Assembly: GCA_964016885.1 (NCBI GenBank)
Contig: OZ024742.1
Span: 364,374,001 to 364,438,000, forward strand
Length of the DNA: 64,000 bases
Reading direction: 5' to 3'
Source: Eledone cirrhosa
Lineage: Eukaryota
Part shown: positions 55,001 through 64,000 of the stretch, in pieces
How the letters are laid out: each line of letters opens with the position of its first letter
Numbering within the stretch: position 1 is the stretch's first letter
Program-made: the position numbers and the translations under genes
Notes under the pieces: model-generated
What the model saw: the letters and a program-made list of their open reading frames with translations, nothing else
Told to the model about the DNA's origin: nothing
Database searches by the model: none

Positions 55001-55282
55001 TGTTTGTAAACAAACATCCCGAATTAAGCCGTACAGTGTCTAGCAACCATCGTTGCTCATTTTTTCAACACTGACAAAGGAACGCTGTACTAGTTTCAAG
55101 CTTATTAGCTATCGTCAGCAACGTATACCTTCCTGCCAGATGGTTGAACGTCTGAAAGTATATACTTTCCTTATGCATATTAACGGCTGAGCAGCCTAAT
55201 TTGCATATCGAGTGAGTTAATCGGCCGGGGTACCGAAAACGATAAACGAAAAAAATGAAACGAAATTTCATTTCTCACTCTT
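52090..55282 (-). repeat. Head-to-tail array of an HHR-containing ~315 bp unit (J), interleaved with repeat G; 1119-bp periodicity
   Basis: Identical landmarks offset by 1119 bp (e.g. 52880/53999, 53405/54524); HHRs at 52303, 53422, 54541 and 55082. Confidence 0.9.
53422..53464 (-). ncRNA. Minimal type I hammerhead motif (family J)
   Basis: ACGTTG-CTGACGA-tAGCT aata AGCTt-GAAAC TA GTA-CAACGT; intact copies at 54541-54583 and 55082-55124, mutated copy at 52303-52345. Confidence 0.8.
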
Positions 55283-55289
55283 ATATATA

Positions 55290-57347
55290 TCCTTCAGAAG
55301 TAGGTTACGCTCTAGAAACGTAGATTTTTTTCCATTCAGCGTAGCAGTATCTAAGTCATTTCTTGTAAGTGTCTTTAGTTCGTCGGTTAGTAGTTTTTGT
55401 ATGATTTCCACAGTCTCTTCCACTTCAATCTCGAATTAGAGAAGTGGTAGAAATCCCACGGAACTTAATCTGGGGTGTAGCGAGAATGTGAAAGAGTGGG
55501 AATGTTTTTCTTTGACAGAAATTCTCTAATTCAAACTGATGTGTGAGCAAGTACGTTATCGTGGTGTAATACCCAATCTCCTGCAATGTACTTTCGGACC
55601 CGCTGGTCCCGTTTTAAAAGTAATTCCAAGAAGTTGTGATTAATTGTCTCTCCTGGAGGTAAATCACATTTGTCAACAATACCACGGCTGTCCAGAAAAA
55701 TGGTAATCATTGTTTTCAGCCAGGTTCTGCTCATGCATGCTTTTTTTCGGATGAGGGGAATTGTTCACGTGTCACTCCTCACTTTACCGTTTTGTCTCTC
55801 TATCTTTCTCGAACACCCATGATTCAGCACCTGATGTTACTTTATCCAAGAAATATGGCTCAGGTTCGTGTCTTTCTAGGAAATTCTGAGACAACTCCAA
55901 CCGGTTCGCCTTTGCTCCACAGACAAGCGTTTGGGCACTAAGTTAGCATAATATGCTAGCATGTGCGAATGATCAGTTGAAATTCTGTGAACTGCATTTT
56001 CATCCAAGCTCGTTCGTACTGCAAACATGTTAACACACAACCGGTGACCTTTAAACATCACCGCTCGCACAACTTTTTGACGAGATTGGCCTTCCAGAAC
56101 GATGTTCGTTTGCAATATTTTTCAGGCGTTTTGAAAGCTTTATGTAACATAGAAGCCGTATTTTTCGATAGCGTGGTATCTCTTTGTGCTACTTAGAAAC
56201 TGTATATCTCGATAGCGTGGTATCTCTTTGTGCTACTTAGAAACTGTATATCTCGATAGTGTGGTATCTCTTTGTGCTACTTAGAAACTGTATATCTCGA
56301 TAGTGTGGTATCTCTTTGTGCTACTTAGAAACCGTATATCTCGAAAGTGTGGTATCTCTTTGTGCTACTTAGAAACTGTATATCTCGATAGTGTGGTATC
56401 TCTTTGTGCTACTTAGAAACCGTATATCTCGATAGTGTGGTATCTCTTTGTGCTACTTAGAAACCGTATATCTCGATAGTGTGGTATCTCTTTGTGCTAC
56501 TTAGAAACCGTATATCTCGATAGTGTGGTATCTCTTTGTGCTACTTAGAAACCGTATATCTCGATAGTGTGGTATCTCTTTGTGCTACTTAGAAACCGTA
56601 TATCTCGATAGTGTGGTATCTCTTTGTGCTACTTAGAAACTGTATATCTCGATAGTGTGGTATCTCTTTGTGCTACTTAGAAACCGTATATCTCGATAGT
56701 GTGGTATCTCTTTGTGCTACTTAGAAACCGTATATCTCGATAGTGTGGTATCTCTTTGTGCTACTTAGAAACCGTATATCTCGATAGTGTGGTATCTCTT
56801 TGTGCTACTTAGAAACCGTATATCTCGATAGTGTGGTATCTCTTTGTGCTACTTAGAAACTGTATATCTCGATAGTGTGGTATCTCTTTGTGCTACTTAG
56901 AAACCGTATATCTCGATAGTGTGGTATCTCTTTGTGCTACTTAGAAACCGTATATCTCGATAGTGTGGTATCTCTTTGTGCTACTTAGAAACTGTATATC
57001 TCGATAGTGTGGTATCTCTTTGTGCTACTTAGAAACCGTATATCTCGATAGCGTGGTATCTCTTTGTGCTACTTAGAAACCGTATATCTCGAGAGCATGG
57101 TATATTTTTAAGCTTGTTTTAAAGAAATGTTTCGCTGGCAGATTTATTGTTTCACACAAAATTTGACCTCGTGACGTTGTTCGATATATTCCTACATAGC
57201 AACACGTCTATACACAAACACGATTAACTCACGACATACTCAATCGATCATGTTGAAACAATTTCATAACCAATTCATCTATATACATCAACGAGGTGCT
57301 TGTTGCACATAGAAAAATCAGTTCAGTTACTTTTGGGATAAACCTCG
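55290..57347 (-). mobile_element. Decayed mariner (Tc1/mariner) transposon
   Basis: TA followed by TIR-like CGAGGTTTATCCCAAAAGTAACTGAACTG at 57347; remnants VKFCVK, HRSGRP, LVPKRLS, WVFE, LHHDN..AH and YTPD. Confidence 0.85.
56167..57092. repeat. 44-bp tandem array, ~21 copies, inside the mariner
   Basis: Unit GATAGTGTGGTATCTCTTTGTGCTACTTAGAAACCGTATATCTC; no spacers. Confidence 0.97.
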
Positions 57348-57361
57348 TATATACACACACA

Positions 57362-57446
<85 letters not shown>

Positions 57447-57454
57447 GCACACAT

Positions 57455-57515
<61 letters not shown>

Positions 57516-57699
57516 ACTACACTTCCATGATTCTAACACGTATCATTGTATAGACATTGGGTTGGGGTGTATTATATGCAATGATATATTTACAAAAGAA
57601 TACGATTTATTCTGATACTAAACCTTTATAAATCTGTTCTCTAAGACGGATATTCTAAGGATTCCAATGTTCGCAAATGCATTCTTTCTTTATCTATGA

Positions 57700-58499
57700 C
57701 TAGCTGAGCTACCCGGTGATACCCGGGTATTTTATGAAAGTTACAATATATTTGGCACACATTACAAAATATTTGACCATTCAAATATGATTGCTGAATT
57801 TTAACCAAAGTAGGAATTATAGCAGAATATTTATTGCCGTTTGGTCAAAGTAAATCATCTAGATAAAAATATTAGTTTTTTCCAGTGGTAATTTTTTGAA
57901 TACTGCTCCCTATTACAGTCAGCATATATAATACTTTACTTATAGATGAATCATTAGATATGTTGTCAGGGCATGACCCAAAAAATACATTTAGATTTTT
58001 TTTTTTTATCCTTTTCTTTTTTTTTTATTTTCTGTTGTTCAATCTGAACTTCTGAAATTCAAACGACATGTAAAGACTATTTTAAAAACCATGAATAAAA
58101 TAAGAAAATAAACTTAGCATTGGTTTATGATTGAATGAAGCATTTACTTACTCATTTCTGTAATTCGGGGAAAGTGTATTTAAATTTGTACACTGTAGCG
58201 TTCACCAATCTTTGCCTCTATGGCAGTAAGATCTTGATTGAGGGAGATTTGTTTTCTATTTCTATTAGCTATACTAACAGTGGCTCACATGACATACATA
58301 GATACATACACACACATGTATGTGTGTAAGACAGTTGTTTGTGATTTGAAATGGATTTTGCTAATATTTCTAGTAGATCGAGTTATCACATCGAACCATA
58401 CCTTTTTGCTTCATACATACCTGAGAAAGTATGGTGGGATTTAAAGGAAATTTGGCTGCTATTTCTACCCAACAAAGTCCTCACTTATACTACTTTATA
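57700..58499 (-). mobile_element. Non-autonomous Helitron segment(s) with a canonical 3' end
   Basis: Minus strand: hairpin TACCCGG gtatca CCGGGTA, then gctcag CTAG|T at 57700; 5'-end-like A|TCTATAAGTAAAGTA at 57946. Confidence 0.7.
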
Positions 58500-58644
58500 T
58501 AGCAGAGGTTCCCGGGAATGCCTGCATATTCTTCCAAAATAACACCATGCAGTAAATTTGCGGCATCAGAATTCCTTGCAAACTATATGACTAAGGAATT
58601 AGGATCTGTGTGTATTGTCATTGAATGAGGAATTACGACATTGC

Positions 58645-60800
58645 TCATTCCAAAACCTCTGGATAAACAACATTCTTGGTTTTGCCCTGTGGTGCCACAA
58701 TGAAGAGACAATCAGGGTTCCCAACCCTTGTTGTGCCAACATAGAGTTGACCGTGTGAAAAGACAGGATCTGACAGATTCAACCCAACGACGTTCAATGA
58801 TTGCCCTTGAGATTTATTAATAGTCATGGCAAAACTGAGCCTGATCGGAAATAGAAGTCTTTGAAATTCAAATGGCAAATCAGTTGGCTTCAGAGGTTTT
58901 CTGGGAATGAAACAATTGTCACCAGCAAATTTTCCTGACATGATTGCAACTTCTAGAACATTGCACATCATCTTTTTGATGATGAGTCTTGTGCCATTAC
59001 GAAGTTTTGGAGGATCCAGATTGCTAAGGAGCATAAGCGATGGTCCAAGCTTCAATATCAGGTTGTGTGGAGCAATTCCCGCTTGTTAAAAACTGTTCAA
59101 AAATTCAGTTGGATAGTTTACAACCTGGTCTTGAGAAGTGATTGTGTCAACTGATTTGTAGCATATTTTCTCTCCCAGTAACACCTCCAGCAGCCTTCTG
59201 TTGATTTCTTTCACAGCAACATTTTTAGGTGCTAAGATTGCTCGTTCACAGAGCCATTTCGGATCACATTGCCTGGTCTGAATGTTTGGAAACACTCTGG
59301 CAATCAGCTTTTGTTCTGTGTCAAGGATATGGCCAAATGACAACTGAATATGACGATTGGAGTCCTTTTCAAGAAGTTCATTTCCCAATTTAAGTAGTTG
59401 GATGGCAAACTCAGACACCTTCGTCACCAGTTAAGTGCACTCGCATGTCGGTTGTAAGGTTCAGCAGCTGAAAGCGGGGCCAGAGATAGGATGTTTTCAG
59501 ACAGGCATTGACCTGATCAGCTCGAGTCCCTCGAAGAATTACAGGCAGAGTTTGTCTGAAATCACCAGCAAGAACCATTGTCACTCCTCCCATTATGTTA
59601 CTATTTTCTCTCAGATCCCTTATCGTCCAGTCCAAAGTATCAATTGCTCCTTTATGGCTCATAGTAGCTTCATCCCAAATTATCATCTTGCATGTTTGAA
59701 GAAGCTTGCCCTTGGGTGAGTTCTTCTTGATGTTGCAAAAAGATTGTTCATGCTGCGTGAGATCTATGGGCAGCTTAAACATGGAGTGTGCAGTTCTTCC
59801 TCCATCCAGAAGTATTGCTGCAATGCCACTTGAAGCCACAGCAAGGGCAATATGTTGCTTTTGCCGAACTTTTGCAAGCATGAGGTTTATGAGGAATGTT
59901 TTGCCAGTGCCAGCAGGAGCATCGATGAAGAAAAGTCCTCCCCTGTCATTTTGAATGTTTGCGATGATGTTGTGGTAGGCGTATTCCTGGTCACCCATCA
60001 ATCGAGGTTCATTTTCATCCACATTCTTACGCAATGCTTGAATATCGTAGTTTGTCTCCTGAAAAATGTCTTGTGCTACCTCCATTTCTTCATCTGGCTC
60101 TGGCATCCCGCAGCTAGCTAATGTGCTATTCATTGCTTGATTGTAAATCCTGGGGGTATATTCCATATACATATTGCCATGATGTCTTTGGGCTAGGTGT
60201 AGATAGTTGTCCAACATATTGTTTTTGTACTCCAGCCAGAGTAGATGAGCTTCATCAATTCCACATGCTGTGAGCATAATAGCAAATAATTGTCTTATTT
60301 CACTGGCTACTTGAGTGATTGCTGCTTCTTCTAGGCACTTCTTCCAGTGTCCATTGTCATGCAGGAGTCCATGCTCTTTGCATGCTTCTTGGTATGTTGC
60401 GCACTCCCTTCCTCTGAAGCACCTAAGATCCTCAAATGACGTTTGTCCTCGAACGGTATGCAGAAGTAGCCGTAAATAAAAACATTCTCTGTTGTTGGGA
60501 TGGACATTGTAAACACGCCCAATAGCATCACTTGACTTGACTTCATGACCTTCCACTAAATGACACTGCTTTCTTCGATTCCAGGTCTTGCAATTGGTCC
60601 ATGTTGGGAGTTCAGCATATAGGAGAAATCGAGCAAATTCATCATTCTGGCAGAGTTTGAAGAAAGCAGTTAGTGTAGTATCATGTGATGATCTCAATGA
60701 AGTACACTCTCTGTCTATTTTCCAGTTGGACTGAGAGGTTGACCACTGTTGGGTGGCATTGGTGGATATCGAATCAAAAGATTCGCCAGATAGCTTCATT
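58645..60800 (-). pseudogene. Helitron PIF1-like SF1 helicase, frameshifted
   Basis: DAPAGTGKT, GGRTAHS, IIWDEATM, AGDFRQTLPV, RAILAPKN, FAMTINKSQGQS, HGQLYV. Confidence 0.94.
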
Positions 60801-62977
60801 GCTGGAGATGTATCGACCTGTTTTATACCGTTTGACCTCATTCAGCCCACCATCCTTCAGTTCCTTGTCAGTAATGAAGGTAGCCATCTCACTGCCCTTG
60901 TTGATATATTTTGTGACATATAGGATTGCCTTGATGGAGCTGCAATACTCAACATTGATATGAGCTTTTAAAAGTTTACACAACAATTTGTTGTGTGGGA
61001 CGACCCACTGATTATTTATGGTCAGCTCCTCTCCTCGAACTGTTGGGCTTGTAGTATTGCCTCCATGTTCTGGTCTACGCCTACGATAAAGGGGGTATCC
61101 ATTATTGTCAGTCCGAGTTTCCCGAATAAAAGCTCTAGGATAATGATTGCTGCATTGTTTATCTTTCATGCAGGGAGAGGCTGGATTGATGACTCCACAT
61201 GGACCATGAATGAGTTTGGACTTGATTGTTTCAAAGAGCTCTGGATCACCACCTTTATCAGGCAACTCTGCTGAAATGATCTTATCAACATCATCTGGTC
61301 TTATCTTCTCCTTACACTAGATTAGTGTGTGAGAGTGAAGAAACCTCTCTTCTGCCACTCAATAGTGGTCATCCAAGCACTAAGCTCACCAAAGATTCTT
61401 CGTTCTTTTAGGAGCCAAATGATTTTTTTTTGCTTTTCATGGAAAACCCGAGCAATGAAGTCATGTCGATCCTTTGGCTTTTGATTTTGAAATAATTCAT
61501 TTGATATTTCTGCCAGAATTGCATGTAAATGTAATGAAGAGATCTGGACGACCAAATTTTCTGACATAGGCCATTGCATCATGCGTACGTTCATGCATGT
61601 AACTTGGTCCTCCCGTGAAGCTTGATGGGAATATGACTTGCCAATATTTCTTGGTCAACATCAGAATTGATGGCATCTCTAAGGATGTAGTTATCTGCCC
61701 TCAATTTAGTTTGATTCCTTTGCAGAAAACCCAATCTTTCTGTTTCAATTTTGGCATTCACGTCCACCATGAACTGGCTGGTTACTTCTTTGAATCGCAG
61801 AACTTGGTTGAAGTGGTCACGTACCATGAAATGATAAGCATAGAATTCTTTGCAGCTGATTGATCGGCCAGTTTCTTGTCCCGTTCCTGGGATGATCTGC
61901 CGTAGCTGAAAATGATATCCATCTTGACCATTCCAAAAGATGAGCGGATATTGGAGTGAATCATAGGCTCTATGAGCTTCAAATGTCCACTTTGTTTTTG
62001 CAAAACAATGTCACGTCGTTGATACTGTTCGTCAACCATTATAATTGCATTTCGACAGTGACAGGTGCATTTAATCTGCGTTCATGTTCTGAATCTGGGC
62101 GTTTGTCTGCCCTAATGATGATTTTACGATCTCTTGTGTTGTTCATATGCTCCAGTGTATATTTAAATACACTGACGTACATGTGATGTTGGTAAAGCAT
62201 TTCTTGTAACTTTATGACTATGTAGAACTGCAATCCACCATAGACATTGGTACATCTTTGTTGTGCCTGTATTACATTTCCACCCATGAAGTAAACCTGC
62301 ACAAATTTGTGAGGCTCCTGTGAAAGTGGCAGAAGGCCACCCATTAAGTGGTAACACTGTCCCTGAATTTTATAAGTTTACAGAATCTAAAGTCAATCAC
62401 ATTCCTATCAGCCCCAAAAGATGTCATTTGAAAGGCAGAATTATATTTTATGATGTATTTATTGAAGTGTAGTGCTTCTGGTGTATGCTGAAGGAGCAGA
62501 TTCTTCAGAAATTCAGGAGGTTCTTGTATTGTTTTAAGGCTCACTTTGCCTTTTGAGCAGCATAGACTTGGTGTTTCTGCTGCCCACTTCTTGGCACCAC
62601 AATACTGGCAGCATTTGTTCATTTTGCCAATGTTGATTTGTGGATTACTGCTGTAGTCCTTTTGAGGGTCATAAGAAAAAGCACCCATCAGCCAGTTCAT
62701 TTTACTTGTGGCTTGTTCTCCTGCTCGGGCAGGAGAACGATGTGCTTGATTAGCATTTCGCCTGATTTGCTGCTGTTCCTTAATTTGTTGTTCTCGTGTA
62801 GCAGCAGTCCTTTGTTCCCTTTCATCCAAATGGTGTGCCCGTGCTAAAGCTGTTTGGGCTCTATTAGCAGTTAGACGAGCATGCCGAACTTCTTCACTTT
62901 CCTCAGATCGCTGTTTTCTTTCTCTTAGCCTCTGAAGATGACCTTCCATATAATGATCTGGAACGTTTTCTAGGCAT
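60774..62977 (-). pseudogene. Helitron N-terminal Zn-finger region and Rep (HUH) domain, frameshifted
   Basis: CQYCGAKKW..CCSKGKV, YNSAFQMTSFGA, IEWQKRG, IHGPCG, GYPLYRRR, NQWVVPHN, HINVE, YVTKYINKG. Confidence 0.92.
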
Positions 62978-63272
62978 TTGAAGTGATATTATTACACACC
63001 ACACGGTGAAATAAAATACCAGTAATGCACTGGAATAATTGCTGGCCTTGTGCCAAAAGTATAAACAATTATTACAAACCACACTCTTTCCGAAATAGAA
63101 ACAACTATACAATGTATTGTTCACTCAGTAAAGTTGTTTTAAATGATCTCTTTATATGAATGTATATTAGGTGTAATTAATATTATACATATATAGAAAA
63201 TATTGAGATTTCAGATTGTATCCCAAAAAACGACAAACATTACAAACAAAATATTTTCTGTGTTAATTCAAA

Positions 63273-63460
63273 TAACTGTTTCTACTTTTTGGCACAAAGG
63301 CAGCAATTATCACAGTACATTACTGGTACTTTATTTTATCAAGCCCGTAAGGATGAAAGGCAAAGTTAACCTCGGCGGGAATTGAACTCAGATCGTAAAG
63401 GGACGTAACTATGCTGGAAAGCATAATCCAACCCTCCACCGATACTGCCAATTCACCTGT
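63273..63460 (-). mobile_element. tRNA-derived SINE remnant
   Basis: Homologous to 49473-49668; an inverted partial copy lies at ~63008-63070. Confidence 0.7.
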
Positions 63461-64000
63461 GTTAATTCAAATAACAGCGGAAAATAATATATTCAAATAA
63501 TATCTTTTAAAAATACCGTTTTTTTTTTTGTCAGTTAAATACATATATACAACTTCTATAAAAGCATCTGTGATTTCTTTAGACATATGTAGAAATTAAG
63601 CTTTGATGGTAACATATATCGTCTGCTAACCCCCCCCCCCCCCATAACACACAACGTGTGTGTAAATATATATATAAACGCGGACACACGTTAATTAAAG
63701 AATCGCTCCAATCACCCTCCCTCTCTCCTGCCTCTTTACTTTTATCTCTCTCCCATCTTTTCTCTTTTCTTATTGTCTTTCTCTCCCCATCCGCCTCACT
63801 CCCTTTCTCTTTCTCATCTCCTCTCTTTCTTTCTCTCTCTCTCATCCTCTACAGAATAACGAACAAAAATAAATAAAAGATAAATAACATTGGGGGAGTT
63901 AAGAAGTGTGTAAAAATAATAAATAATTAAAAGTTAATGAACGCTGGCTACTTTCCCTCTCTCTCTCTCCCATCCCATTACTCTCTCTTTTTTCTCCCCC

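Larger units (their letters stand above)
58500..62990 (-). mobile_element. Decayed autonomous Helitron
   Basis: Colinear RepHel fragments from MPRKRSR (62977) to VYPEVLE (58645); degenerate 3' end 'gcattcccgggaacctctgcta' at ~58500-58521. Confidence 0.93.

Noticed and set aside
52489-55271. Repeated small ORFs (MKFRFIFS...)
   Set aside because: Recurrence is due to the tandem repeat; starts are non-canonical or weak and no domain is recognisable.
56167-57092. CRISPR-like 44-bp repeats
   Set aside because: Pure tandem array with no spacers.
58645-60841. Host PIF1 helicase gene
   Set aside because: Colinear with a Rep domain, intronless and frameshifted, so it is a Helitron.

Overview
Eukaryotic, AT-rich and almost entirely repetitive DNA. 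The microsatellite load and SINE motifs suggest a mollusc, probably Octopus (inference). No intact host gene, rRNA, tRNA or CRISPR array is visible; the only host-gene candidate is one signal-peptide exon. The window is dominated by Penelope-like retroelements (PLEs), mostly Naiad-like with one Neptune-like, inserted into (TA)n tracts. It also holds a decayed autonomous Helitron, two mariner relics, RLE-type (R4/Dong-like) and RTE-group LINE fragments, SINE remnants, and 37-, 21- and 44-bp tandem arrays. Main finding: at least 10 distinct families of type I hammerhead ribozyme (HHR) motifs sit at PLE-type 3' ends. Many are minimal with a palindromic stem III, and some have non-canonical cores (U3-A8, A4, C4). 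Many insertions are fold-back palindromes (50 bp to 4.4 kb) with one long arm and one short arm. One family has produced four near-identical ~190-bp hairpin inserts that turn within HHR stem II. A retrozyme-like head-to-tail HHR array lies at 52.2-55.3 kb. All structures were read by eye; no folding software or database search was run.
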